64,000 nt of DNA from Nitrospirota bacterium (GTDB taxonomy: Bacteria; Nitrospirota; UBA9217), in contig CAWBNQ010000001.1 of the NCBI GenBank assembly GCA_963790205.1, positions 896,001 to 960,000 on the forward strand, written 5' to 3'. Positions within the stretch are counted from its first letter, which is position 1. Every line of letters begins with the position of its first letter. The notes beneath the pieces were generated by a model that worked only from the letters and a program-made list of their open reading frames with translations, was not told where the DNA came from and searched no databases. Of this stretch, positions 19,122-30,464 are shown piece by piece. Made by a program: the position numbers and the translations under genes.

Positions 19122-20282
19122 ATGCCGACAGACAAATCCATATTCGGTCTTCGCTTCGGGTCGAACGCAGAACTCCAGCCGACGCGGGAGGAGCTCAGGG
19201 TTTTTCTCAAGAGCCTGAAAACGGAAGGTAAGCGGGAACCGCACGGCGACGACCTGGCCTCCTATCGAGAGATGCTCGCCAGACTTGAAACGTTCGAGCG
19301 CGAGCGGCAGCTGGATGCGGCGCCGCAGAATTTCCGGGGGAAAATGTTCTACGGCGTGCTCGGTCAATCCTGCTTTTTCAACTCCTCGCTCAAGTCGGCG
19401 GTGGAGCAGTATGAATATCACCTTCGCGCCCTCATAACGCTCGATTTCAGGAAACCGACGGCCTTCATCAAGTCCGCCGAGGAAGAGCTGGGCAGGCTCA
19501 ACCCGAAAAAAAAGGATGATGCAATCAAGCTGTCCAAACTTCAAGGCATGGTTGACGAGCGGAAGCGGGCGGTCGAGTTACTCAGAAAACGCCGGGCAAT
19601 CCTGGCCGCGGAGCTTTGCGATATTGCGCGCTACATCAGGGACAACCTGGTCAAGATCGAGAAACTCTGTGAAGGGTCGATTGTCGTCCTCGTGGACGTT
19701 CAGCTCCGGCAAAAGAAGGAAAACCAGCTGATCGAGGACGTCAAAACGCAGTTCAAGGAGCGGCTCAGGGACTCCCTGCACCAGGGATCGATCACCCGTC
19801 AGGAGCTCGAGAGCGTTAAAGAGGACGTCAACCTGCTCTCGAAGGAGATATCGGCCCTTATCCGGGAGGACGTGTACGCCATGACGGGGTTGTTCGAGGC
19901 CATTCACGGCCACGCGAAAAAGATCGCCCGCGAGGTCGACACCCTGTTGGCGCAAACGGGCGGCGCAGGGAACAGAGGCTTTGAAGAGGAGGCCGGGCTT
20001 TTCGCGCAGATCGAACGCGCTCTGGTGTCGCTCGTTTCGGAATACCGCTTCGAGCTGAAGGCAGCGGAAATCCGCACCCAAACCGCGTACGAGGATATCT
20101 TCCTGGAAATAAGGAGGGGGATGCTCGCCTACCTCTTTGATCTGCTGGAAAAAGAACGCCGGCTTTCGGCTAATCGAAGATCGGCCGCGGACCGGAGGAG
20201 GTTCAACGCCCCGAACCGCAAGGGCTTGGAACGGAGAAGCGGAAAAGACAGAAGGTCCGGAAAGAACCGCAGAGATCAGTAA
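19122..20282 (+). CDS. Hypothetical coiled-coil protein with C-terminal (E/D/N)RR repeats
   Basis: 386-aa ORF with GC3 bias; tail ERRLSANRRSAADRR...ERRSGKDRRSGKNRR. Confidence 0.75.
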   Translation: MPTDKSIFGLRFGSNAELQPTREELRVFLKSLKTEGKREPHGDDLASYREMLARLETFERERQLDAAPQNFRGKMFYGVLGQSCFFNSSLKSAVEQYEYHLRALITLDFRKPTAFIKSAEEELGRLNPKKKDDAIKLSKLQGMVDERKRAVELLRKRRAILAAELCDIARYIRDNLVKIEKLCEGSIVVLVDVQLRQKKENQLIEDVKTQFKERLRDSLHQGSITRQELESVKEDVNLLSKEISALIREDVYAMTGLFEAIHGHAKKIAREVDTLLAQTGGAGNRGFEEEAGLFAQIERALVSLVSEYRFELKAAEIRTQTAYEDIFLEIRRGMLAYLFDLLEKERRLSANRRSAADRRRFNAPNRKGLERRSGKDRRSGKNRRDQ

Positions 20283-20344
20283 CCCTTTCCCCGCGTTGTC
20301 GAGCGGGCGCCTGAGAGACGGATTTTTCTCAGAGCATCCCCGTG

Positions 20345-20653
20345 TTATCTTTCTTTCGAGCTTACCTGGAGGTCGGAACCGTTATAAATATAATCGGCGA
20401 TTTCCTCCGCTGCGCGGTCGGAGATTTTGTCCTTGTCGAATTTCGGCATGACGGCAGGAGGGTTCCTTAAGACCCCCGGGATGTTTTTTACGGCTTTCAG
20501 TTTCGCGATGTCGCGATGACATGCGGAACAATGCCTCTTGAACAGCACCTCTCCCTGCGGTCCGCAGATGGACACGCCGGAGGGACTTGCCGCGATGTTT
20601 AACGCAAAGAATAGGAGAACGGCCGGGAGCGCCAACGATACGATTTTTTTCAC
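20345..20653 (-). CDS. Small class I c-type cytochrome
   Basis: GTG start after AAGGA, signal peptide, GEVLFKRHCSACH, distal Met in MPKF, IADYI. Confidence 0.8.
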   Translation of the reverse strand: MKKIVSLALPAVLLFFALNIAASPSGVSICGPQGEVLFKRHCSACHRDIAKLKAVKNIPGVLRNPPAVMPKFDKDKISDRAAEEIADYIYNGSDLQVSSKER

Positions 20654-20879
20654 GTTTTGATTCCTTATCAGGGAGTAGAATGCAGCAGCAACGTGCGCAG
20701 ACTGATGCGACATCATAAACCGTCTCAATCGATGGAACGGTTCATCAGTTTGAGCGTCGCGTATAATACTAAAATATGAGACCTTTGGCAAGTAAATTTG
20801 ACCTTCCGTGCTGCAATTATCCAGGAATATTCGCGGTGAAAAAAGCGCTGCGTTATCGTTGCCGGATCGATGCGCGTTG

Positions 20880-21110
20880 TGTCGGGAAAAGCCGCCGGCG
20901 ATGAACTCCTCGCGCGTGTATCCGGTCACGTCCTCGACGGCTTTGTTCACATGTTCCACCCTAGCCGTTTCAGTTTCCATGATCACCACGAGGTCCGCGG
21001 CTTGCTCGACGGTAAGGGCGAGTTTTTAAAGCAGCTCTTCGGAGCGGTTCCGCTCGGTCACGTCGTGTGTGACGACGAAAAAGCCCCGGAGGCCGCTTTT
21101 TTATTTTGAG
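20880..21110 (-). pseudogene. PAC/PAS sensor fragment
   Basis: HDVTERNRSEELL*KLALTVEQAADLVVI...VNKAVEDVTGYTREE with in-frame TAA at 21026-21028. Confidence 0.7.
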
Positions 21111-21239
21111 CGGGCACGTGCCGGAGCTTGTCTACCGTCTCCGTAATTGACAAGCGTTTTTCACGATGCTTGCAAATCCCCGGCAAAGACGTACCTTTCT
21201 CTTTATTTTTTCAGCCGTCTGCTGTATTATTCATTCACC

Positions 21240-22358
21240 ATGAACAAGGCATCGCATCTCTCCCAGGAGGAATTGAAGTCTCTGGCAGCGAACGTGGGCA
21301 AGCTGTCGGCGCTGCTCACGAAAGAGCGCGAGAGCCTTCCCGCTGCGTACCTCAGGGACCCGGGGCTCCGGTCGGCCTACGTGCGTTATTATCTCCCGAC
21401 GAACATGAAGAAGGTCCACCTGGCCCTGACGGACCTCTCGCTCCACGCGGAGTGGCTCCTGTCCAAGGACCGGCTCCGGGTCCTCGATCTCGGCGCGGGC
21501 CCGGGCACGGCCCTGCTCGGCCTGCTTGCGTTTTTCGCCCAGCGGCCGCAGCGTCCGGCCCTCGCGTGCGTGGCAGTGGACCGGGTGGCGGAGAACCTGC
21601 GCGTGGCGGAGGAGCTGTTCGCAGCGTACCGCGCCAACAAGGCGCTCGACGCCACGCTCACGGTTGCGCGCGCGGACCTCGAAGCTGCGGAACAGGTCGT
21701 CGAAGGGCCCTTCGATCTCATCCTGATCTCGAACGTACTGAATGAGTTGTATCCTTTCGACGAGGACCGGGTCGTCAAGCGGACCGCTCTCGTGCGGGCC
21801 GTCCTCACGCGGTTTCTTGCTGACAACGGGAGCTGCATCATCATCGAACCCGCCCTGCGCGAGACCGCGCGGGAACTGCACGATGTCAGGGACGGCCTCC
21901 TGGAGCAGGGCTTCCTTGTCTATTCCCCCTGTCTTGCCAGCACGCTCTGCCCGGCGCGCGAGAACCCCCGGGACTGGTGCCATGAAGACATTCCCTGGGA
22001 CCCGCCCGCGCTGATCAAGGAGATCGACCGTCTTACCGGGCTCCGGAAGGACTCGCTCAAATTTTCCTATCTTGTGCTCCGGAAGGACGGACGCTCGCTG
22101 GCCGACCTGTTCGGCCGGGACTCGTTCCGCGTGGTGAGCGAACCGCTCGTGACCAAGGGCAAGATGGAATTCTACATCTGCGGCGCGAAAGGACGGAAGC
22201 TGGTAACGAGGCTCGACAAGAACAGGACCGAGGGGAACCGGTTCTTTGAGATGCTGAAGCGCGGCGCCATAGTCGGGTTTGAACGTCTGATCGATGAAGG
22301 GACGCGCTATAAGATAGAACCGACGACCGCGGTGATCATCCATAAGCATGCATCGTAA
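21240..22358 (+). CDS. Rsm22-family SAM-dependent methyltransferase
   Basis: AYVRYYLP, VLDLGAGPGT, IIEPA, SPC...CP...DWCHE, KFSYLVL. Confidence 0.8.
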   Translation: MNKASHLSQEELKSLAANVGKLSALLTKERESLPAAYLRDPGLRSAYVRYYLPTNMKKVHLALTDLSLHAEWLLSKDRLRVLDLGAGPGTALLGLLAFFAQRPQRPALACVAVDRVAENLRVAEELFAAYRANKALDATLTVARADLEAAEQVVEGPFDLILISNVLNELYPFDEDRVVKRTALVRAVLTRFLADNGSCIIIEPALRETARELHDVRDGLLEQGFLVYSPCLASTLCPARENPRDWCHEDIPWDPPALIKEIDRLTGLRKDSLKFSYLVLRKDGRSLADLFGRDSFRVVSEPLVTKGKMEFYICGAKGRKLVTRLDKNRTEGNRFFEMLKRGAIVGFERLIDEGTRYKIEPTTAVIIHKHAS

Positions 22359-22498
22359 GCCGGACAAGCCGGGACCAAAGGCGTCTTACGCAAAGATGCC
22401 AAAGGCACGAAGGGGATGTGCAAAAAAAGGATCTTGAACTTACAAAACAGCTTTCAGGAAGTTCGTGCCCCTTTTTCTTTACCGCCATTCACGCTCTT

Positions 22499-22670
22499 GT
22501 CACCTTTTTTGCGTGCCCAAGAAAGGTGACCCAAAGAAGGGCACCCGGCGAAAATTTTTTACCGGCATGCTCGGTCGTCCTCGGTACATTTCGGAAACTC
22601 GCCCTTCGGGCTCAGACATCCGAAATGCTTAACCCTCGGACTCGGTCGCCTGCCTGAAATTTTTGCATGG
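22499..22670. repeat. Structured REP/MITE-like element with pseudoknot potential
   Basis: GTCACCTTT/AAAGGTGAC stem whose loop GTGCCC can pair with GGGCAC; CATTTCGGA/TCCGAAATG stem enclosing a cUUCGg hairpin. Confidence 0.65.
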
Positions 22671-22784
22671 GACTTTTCTGATAGTCATCTGGTGTTCTCC
22701 GCGCACTCCGCGCCTCCGCGAGAAAATATCTTTTCGTGATTGTTTCTTGCTTTCATCCTGCATTTCCCGTACTATTTCCCATCT

Positions 22785-23300
22785 ATGAGCAGATACCGAC
22801 CACCTCAAAAACCCGGATCGAAATACATCACCCCCGAAGGCCGGAAGCGGCTCTCCGACGAGTTCGAATTCCTCTGGCATACCAGGCGGCCGGAGGTGAC
22901 GGCGGCGCTTGCCGCGGCCGCTGCGGAAGGCGACCGGTCCGAGAACGCCGAGTACATCTACCGCAAAAAGCAGCTCCGCGAGATCGACGCCCGGATGCAC
23001 CACTTGAAGGAGCGGCTCGAGCATATCGTGGTCGTGGACAGCACGCCCGACGATCGGTCGCGGGTGTTCTTCGGCGCCTGGGTGCGGCTCGAGGACGAAG
23101 AGGGCAACGTCAGCGAGTACCGCATCGTGGGGCCCGACGAGTCCGACCATGCCAAAGGGCTCATCAGCATGGATTCTCCCATGGCGCGCGCCTTGATGAA
23201 AAAGACCGAAGGCGACGAGGTCATGGTGAAGCGGCCCAAGGGAGAAGCGGTGTTCACGATCGTAAAGGTGCAGTACAAGTCGTTTGAGTGCAAGCCGTGA
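22785..23300 (+). CDS. greB: Transcription elongation factor GreB
   Basis: YITPEG, AAAEGDRSENAEYIYRKKQLREID, VFFGAWV, ISMDSPMARAL. Confidence 0.95.
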   Translation: MSRYRPPQKPGSKYITPEGRKRLSDEFEFLWHTRRPEVTAALAAAAAEGDRSENAEYIYRKKQLREIDARMHHLKERLEHIVVVDSTPDDRSRVFFGAWVRLEDEEGNVSEYRIVGPDESDHAKGLISMDSPMARALMKKTEGDEVMVKRPKGEAVFTIVKVQYKSFECKP

Positions 23301-23530
23301 GGAACTGAGATTTATCGCTGGCCCCGACCAAAGGAAAGCTGGGCGGAAAATAAAATGACCCCGCTCAACCTAGTATAAGTATCCGACGCATAACGTCGGA
23401 CTTCGGTTAAGCAGGGTCAAAATCTACCTAATTTATACATTGCTTTTTAAAGGCTGTCAAATGATTTTGTGAAAAAGTTTCTCGTGTAAGCGAGAATAGC
23501 CCCGCCCGTGGCCCCCGACAAGAATAACCA

Positions 23531-24241
23531 ATGAACCTCATTCTTCTCTTTAAAGACGATTTTATAGATGGCATGAACCGCGTGAGGCTTACCGGACGAC
23601 GCCTGAGGCACGTGCTTGATGTGCATCGCGCTTCCGTGGGGGACGAACTCTGCGTGGGATTGGTGAATGACCGGATCGGCACAGGGAAGGTCATTGCTCT
23701 CAGTGAATCGGTCCTTGAAATCGACGTAAGCTTCGAGCGCATGCCGCCGCAGGCGCTTCCCGTCGTTCTCATCCTTGCCCTGCCGCGGCCCAAGGCGCTT
23801 CGGCGTGTGCTCCGCGCTGCAAGCAGCATGGGAGTAAAGAAAATGATCCTTCTCAACTCCTTCAGGGTCGAGAAAAGCTACTGGAGCAGTCCCGTGCTGG
23901 GCCCCGGGAGCATACACGAACAGCTTGTCCTTGGCCTTGAACAATCCCGCGATACCGTGCTGCCCGAGGTCCGGCTCCGGCCGCTGTTCAAGCCCTTTGT
24001 CGAGGATGAACTGCCGGATCTTGTAAAAGGAACGCTCGCTCTTGTCGCCCATCCGAATGCTTCTCCAGAATTCCCCCGTACTGTTGATCGCCCGGTGACG
24101 CTCGTTATCGGACCTGAAGGCGGGTTCATCCCCTATGAAATAGACAAGCTTATTGCCGCCGGATTTACGGCCGCGAGCGCGGGCGATCGGATCTTGAGCG
24201 TTGAGTCCGTGGTACCTGCCCTGCTTGCAAGGCTATTTTAA
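23531..24241 (+). CDS. rsmE: 16S rRNA m3U1498 methyltransferase RsmE family
   Basis: LALPRPK, GLEQSRDT, IGPEGGF, RILSVE. Confidence 0.85.
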   Translation: MNLILLFKDDFIDGMNRVRLTGRRLRHVLDVHRASVGDELCVGLVNDRIGTGKVIALSESVLEIDVSFERMPPQALPVVLILALPRPKALRRVLRAASSMGVKKMILLNSFRVEKSYWSSPVLGPGSIHEQLVLGLEQSRDTVLPEVRLRPLFKPFVEDELPDLVKGTLALVAHPNASPEFPRTVDRPVTLVIGPEGGFIPYEIDKLIAAGFTAASAGDRILSVESVVPALLARLF

Positions 24242-24507
24242 GAGATCGCCGCTTCGGGCGGCCCCCCATCGCGTCCCGCGCCCCCGGGTAACCTGAAAGA
24301 GGCTCTTAAAAAAAACAGTAAATTTTGGGCAGGAATTGGTGTATGATATAACCTTCGTTTCGAACAATCCTCCCTCAGGAGAGGCAAGTTTGAAGGATGA
24401 AGTTTGAAGGGTGAATTTAAGAGGAGGAAGGCCCGGGGACGAATGTACTCCCTGAACCACCCTGTTCTCTGGTGGTGGCTTTTGACAATACGTCCGGGGG
24501 CGCGCGA

Positions 24508-25959
24508 ATGAAGATCATGAAGTGGAGTATTTTTTCACGGTTGATGACGGGGTATCTTGCCCCCCTGGTTCTGGCGACCGGCGTCAGCGCCTATGCCATC
24601 ATCCAGCTCAGGCACGTGCGGGACGTAACGCAGTCCGTTATCCTGATCGACAATCCCCTCCTGGACCTCCACAAGAACCTGTCGGATGCGCTGCTCTCGG
24701 AGACGCGGTTCGAGAAGAAGTTCGTCATCACCCAGGACTCGGCGCTGTATGATGGTTTTTTAAAATCGAAAGAGGAGTTCGAACAGAACCTCCGCGACGC
24801 GATGCGGCTCGCCGATTCGGCCGACCTGCGGGCGCTGCTCAAGGGCGTGGCCGACCTTCACGCCGTCTACCAGGACCGGTTCGCCGAAGAGGCGGGGTAT
24901 CTCAGGTCGGGCCGGAAATATTCCGCCGCCTGGTACAACGACGAAGAGGACAGGATCGTAAACGCCCTGCTCGATCAGCTTTTACAGGTGCGGGCCTTGA
25001 GCCAGAAGAGCATCGTCGACAAGGTCAAGCAGCTGCGCGAGGCCGGCACGCGGGCGACCAACGCGGCAATGGTAACGACCGCGGCCGCGATCGCGATCGG
25101 GGTCGTCCTGTCCATCCTCATAACCTGGAGCATCACGGTGCCGCTCGGCGCGATGAAGAAGAAGACGCGGGAGATCAGCAACGGCATTTACGAGGCGGAC
25201 CTGAACATTACCTCCCCGCCGGAGATCGCCGCGCTCGGCCAGGCCTTCAATTTCATGTGCATCAAGCTGAAGGAAGTCGACAAGATGAAGTCCGATTTCT
25301 ACGCGCTCATGTCCCACGAGCTGCGGACGCCGCTGACGTCCATCAAGGAAGGCACGAACCTTTTCCTCGAGGGCCTGGGAGGGGAGGTCACGGAAAAGCA
25401 AAAAAAGCTTCTCTCCATCATCGCCGAGGAAAGCAACCGGCTGATCGAGATCGTCAATTCCCTGCTCGATATCTCGAAGCTCGAGGCGGGCATGGTGGCG
25501 TACAATTTCGCGAGGGCCGACATCAACCCTCTGATCGCGAGGGCGCTCACCGAGATCGCGCCCCTGGCCGAATCGAAACGCATCAGGATCGATAAGGACC
25601 TGCGGGAACTGCCGGCGCTCTCCCTGGACACCGAGAGGATCCTCCAGGTGCTGCGGAACCTGATCGGGAACGCGCTGAAATTCACGCTCCGCGGCGGCGT
25701 GGTGACCGTTTCATCGCAGTTCGCCGAAGGAGGGGTCACGATATCGGTCAGGGACACGGGGCCCGGGATACCGAAAGAACACGCGGCGGTCATTTTCGAC
25801 AAGTACCGTCAGGCGGTCGTCGCGGGCCCGCACAAGCTTCAGGGAACGGGCCTCGGCCTGGCGATCGTCAAACACATTGTTCAAGATCACGGAGGAAAGG
25901 TGTGGGTAGAGAGCGAAACAGGACGCGGCTGTACGTTTACCATGGTCTTGCCTGTATAA
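24508..25959 (+). CDS. HAMP sensor histidine kinase (GlrK/QseE-like)
   Basis: 2 TM, HAMP, SHELRTPLTSI, NLIGNALKF, DTGPGI, GTGLGL. Confidence 0.9.
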   Translation: MKIMKWSIFSRLMTGYLAPLVLATGVSAYAIIQLRHVRDVTQSVILIDNPLLDLHKNLSDALLSETRFEKKFVITQDSALYDGFLKSKEEFEQNLRDAMRLADSADLRALLKGVADLHAVYQDRFAEEAGYLRSGRKYSAAWYNDEEDRIVNALLDQLLQVRALSQKSIVDKVKQLREAGTRATNAAMVTTAAAIAIGVVLSILITWSITVPLGAMKKKTREISNGIYEADLNITSPPEIAALGQAFNFMCIKLKEVDKMKSDFYALMSHELRTPLTSIKEGTNLFLEGLGGEVTEKQKKLLSIIAEESNRLIEIVNSLLDISKLEAGMVAYNFARADINPLIARALTEIAPLAESKRIRIDKDLRELPALSLDTERILQVLRNLIGNALKFTLRGGVVTVSSQFAEGGVTISVRDTGPGIPKEHAAVIFDKYRQAVVAGPHKLQGTGLGLAIVKHIVQDHGGKVWVESETGRGCTFTMVLPV

Positions 25960-26351
25960 TCTTGCTTGCCGGGTCCGCCTGCGCCCAGCTCAGGGCGGTG
26001 TTCCCGGGGCAGGAACGGCCCGCGCACCTGCAGCGGGTGAGGGAGAGCATAGACAGCGGCGATTTCGACGCCGCCGTGCGGCTCTATCAGAACGACCTTG
26101 CCCGTCCGGCCGGGAACCGGGAAGGGCGAGCGGACGAAGCGCTGTTCGACCTGGGGCTCCTGTACGCCCATTATGCGAACCCGAAGAAGGACTATCAAAA
26201 GGCGCTCGGGTGTTTCACGCGCCTGGTCAAAGAGTATCCCCGGAGCCCCCTGGCCGAAGAAGCCATGATATGGGCCAGCGTTCTCGAGAGCATGGAGAAG
26301 TCGAAGCGGGTCGACATAGAGATCGAAGAGATGAAGAAACTGACCAAGTAG
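25902..26351 (+). CDS. TPR lipoprotein (QseG-like accessory protein)
   Basis: Lipobox-like LAGSAC, ALFDLGLLY TPR, LVKEYPRS; lies between kinase and regulator; start uncertain. Confidence 0.7.
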   Translation: MGRERNRTRLYVYHGLACIILLAGSACAQLRAVFPGQERPAHLQRVRESIDSGDFDAAVRLYQNDLARPAGNREGRADEALFDLGLLYAHYANPKKDYQKALGCFTRLVKEYPRSPLAEEAMIWASVLESMEKSKRVDIEIEEMKKLTK

Positions 26352-26362
26352 GAGCGCTCACC

Positions 26363-27745
<1,383 letters not shown>

Positions 27746-28006
27746 AATAGAAGATATTTCTTTATCCTTTTTTCCGCAGCCAAAAGATGTCCTGCCTTTT
27801 CCGCACCTTTCCGATTTGTGAAGAAAAAACCATACACCGCCTTAATTCCTTGATTCTCCGTAATGTTACCTGTTCCCGAACCAATGAGAGGCGCGCAACC
27901 GCGTAGGAGAATTCATACACTTCCGGGGCTTCTCACAGGAACCCCGGCAAGCAACTATACGCGGTTTGTCCTGAATAATCAGCATGTTTCCCGCAAAGAT
28001 CGATTA

Positions 28007-28022
28007 TGGCATTGACCTTGCT
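28007..28022 (+). promoter_or_regulatory. Sigma-54 (-24/-12) promoter
   Basis: TGGCATTGACCTTGCT with GG (28008-9) and GC (28020-1) at canonical spacing. Confidence 0.75.
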
Positions 28023-28123
28023 TAAGACGATAAGCACAAGCGAACGCAATCTTTTAAATAATTTAAAACCATAGGCGGACTTTGCGTCGCTACAGCGGTA
28101 ATCCGGAATAGTGAGGAGGCAGC

Positions 28124-28381
28124 GTGAGCATGAGCGTTTATCCATGCAGGAGCAAGATATTGAAGGAACTAGAGCAGTGTACATCGGTGGAAAAGCTGGA
28201 AACGTTGCTGAGCTTCTGCAGCGGTTGTATTTACCGGATATTCGAGGAGGCGCAGGGTATGAATAGCGTGACGATGACCTGCAGCAGGGCGGCAGACGCA
28301 GTACTGATAAACGGGATACGGCAGCTCGCGGACAGCGAGGAGCTTCTCAACCTCTTCCGAGTACCGGCAGTCAATGCGTAG
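28124..28381 (+). CDS. Small Cys-containing hypothetical protein
   Basis: SD GAGGAGG, CSGC motif, first gene after the sigma-54 promoter. Confidence 0.6.
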   Translation: MSMSVYPCRSKILKELEQCTSVEKLETLLSFCSGCIYRIFEEAQGMNSVTMTCSRAADAVLINGIRQLADSEELLNLFRVPAVNA

Positions 28382-28406
28382 GCCGCAACGAAGAGGAGGA
28401 ATAACC

Positions 28407-28778
28407 ATGATTCAAAAAGTAAGTCTCAGGACGGCGCCCGTACCGTTGATCGTTTTTCTGTTTGTCGTGCTTCTCCTGCTTCTCTGGAATGCCTCAGGAG
28501 TTTTCGCGGCTACGACCGGCATCCCGGCTGAGACCCGCCGCGCGGAATTCGGCGGCAGGAATGACAGCAGGAATGATATATCCAAGATCATGTCCGTTCT
28601 TGAAAGCCGGAGACCGGGCAAGAGGGTCCTGGAAAAAGCGGCCGGCAAGATGTCCGATATGAACGGGCGAAATCTCCGGCTGATGTCTTCGCTCTGCGAC
28701 CGCATCACCGCGGACGCCGGCACTCCGGCCGCGGACGTCGCTTATTCGCTCCTGACGGCGCTAATCGTTCTGTCCTGA
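28407..28778 (+). CDS. Exported or membrane-anchored hypothetical protein
   Basis: SD GAGGAGG, N-terminal hydrophobic segment, hydrophobic C-terminus. Confidence 0.7.
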   Translation: MIQKVSLRTAPVPLIVFLFVVLLLLLWNASGVFAATTGIPAETRRAEFGGRNDSRNDISKIMSVLESRRPGKRVLEKAAGKMSDMNGRNLRLMSSLCDRITADAGTPAADVAYSLLTALIVLS

Positions 28779-28839
28779 CAGGGCGAAATGGCGGGCTACA
28801 GCCATCATGAAACAGTCCGTCAACTCAGAGGGGGCAATC

Positions 28840-29763
28840 ATGGCCAAAAACATCACGCATATTTCGTATCATGTCGCCGTCGTTCTTTTGAGCGCCGCTT
28901 TGGCGCTCTCGATGCCCTCGCTTGTCAGCACCATGGCCGGAAATCTGCTGGCGTCCTGGGCACTCATTGAGAACGAGAAGGTATTTCTTGTCGCGCTTGA
29001 GATCTTCACGGCGATCGTGCTCATTGTTTTTTTCAATTTTATCAGGCATGCACTGCAAGACCGGAGAGTTTCGCGCATTGCGAAGAGCGCCGGCCTGGTC
29101 CTGGCAACCCCGTCCCGGGGCATATTCATATATAAAAGGAGGGTGAAAAATATGAAGAAAACACTAGGATTCGCACGGGAGATCATGATCATCGGTTCGA
29201 CCGGATACCGCTCTTTCGCCGAACCGGAAGGAGATCTGCACGAGGCCGTTCAAAATTGCCGGGAGGCGAAGATCATGCTTCTCGATCCGCTGAAGCACGG
29301 AGCGATCGCGCGGGCAAGGAGCATCCCCGATCCGGAAATTACGCCGGAGGTGATCAGGGAGCAGATCATAAAAAGCATAGATTTTCTCAAAAGCCTGCGG
29401 GTTGCCCAAAAAACCGTCAGGCTGAAACTATATCCGGACATGCCGCTCCTCAAGATGGCGATCCTGGGAGATTATGCTTTCATCCGGCACTACCACACGG
29501 GCCTGAACGTGCGCCACATGCCCGAATTCGCGTTCAGGAACGAGCAGAAGCACGGGGGCCTCTACCTGCCGCTGTACCGGTATTTTCTTTCGAGGTGGCA
29601 GGACCCTGACATCCCCGAATATGACCTTGATACCGACGAGCTTGTATACCGCGATCACATGAACTACGAAGTGATGCGCGAACCGTTCAACGAGATCACG
29701 ATGACCTACGATGCCAAGGAAAAGATATACAAGGACAACTTGTCACCGTATGTATTTCGCTGA
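28840..29763 (+). CDS. 2-TM membrane protein with DUF5919/PLD-like cytoplasmic domain (tentative)
   Basis: Two TM helices, then IIGSTG...KIMLLDP...LKLYPDMP...ILGD pattern. Confidence 0.7.
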   Translation: MAKNITHISYHVAVVLLSAALALSMPSLVSTMAGNLLASWALIENEKVFLVALEIFTAIVLIVFFNFIRHALQDRRVSRIAKSAGLVLATPSRGIFIYKRRVKNMKKTLGFAREIMIIGSTGYRSFAEPEGDLHEAVQNCREAKIMLLDPLKHGAIARARSIPDPEITPEVIREQIIKSIDFLKSLRVAQKTVRLKLYPDMPLLKMAILGDYAFIRHYHTGLNVRHMPEFAFRNEQKHGGLYLPLYRYFLSRWQDPDIPEYDLDTDELVYRDHMNYEVMREPFNEITMTYDAKEKIYKDNLSPYVFR

Positions 29764-29905
29764 CGTCAGCCGCAGACCCGTGAGCCACCGGAGAAAGACG
29801 CACGCCTTGCCTTGCGGGTGAGCGGATACTGGGCGTGGAAACGGCAGTGCCGGCGTCGATAGCACGATTGTTCTGAACGTGAGGGATCGTCCAGGATCAG
29901 GCCGG

Positions 29906-30430
29906 TCATGCGGCGCACGAATCGTGCGGCCGGCCGATCGTCTTCTCCATTCTGAAATCGTCCATCACAAATCCTCCGCCGATATCCTGGACAGTCGGCC
30001 CGACATCGGTGAAACCCCTTCGCCGATACCATGCAATGGATCGAGCATTGTTCTTGTTGACGGTGAGCCGGATCATCGCGATGCCGCACTGCCGGCAGAG
30101 CTCTTCTACAAATCCGAGAGCTTCTTCTCCCAGCCCGCGACCGCGCTGCTGCTTCCGGATGTAAATCTTGCTGAGCAGGAGCTTCGATTCGCCGGTATCG
30201 GGCACTACGCCTATATAGCCTGCGCTCTGCCCATGATCAAGAACCAGGAAATACTCGTATTCCCGCGCAAGCTGTTCTGCTATTGCGCGTATGCTCTGGA
30301 ATTTCTCGAGCATGTAGTCCACCTGCTCGCGCCCGATGATCGGGATGTAATGCTCCTGCCAGATCTCACGGGCAAGGCGCGCGACTTCCGCGATATCTTC
30401 TTCTGATATAACTTTCCTGAATTCCGCCAT
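29906..30430 (-). CDS. GNAT family N-acetyltransferase
   Basis: LSKIYI...RGRGLG, LTVNKNN, Y...GF; SD GGAGG. Confidence 0.9.
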   Translation of the reverse strand: MAEFRKVISEEDIAEVARLAREIWQEHYIPIIGREQVDYMLEKFQSIRAIAEQLAREYEYFLVLDHGQSAGYIGVVPDTGESKLLLSKIYIRKQQRGRGLGEEALGFVEELCRQCGIAMIRLTVNKNNARSIAWYRRRGFTDVGPTVQDIGGGFVMDDFRMEKTIGRPHDSCAA

Positions 30431-30464
30431 CAGGCCTCCCTGCTCCTGTTGCCGTGTTTTAGGA

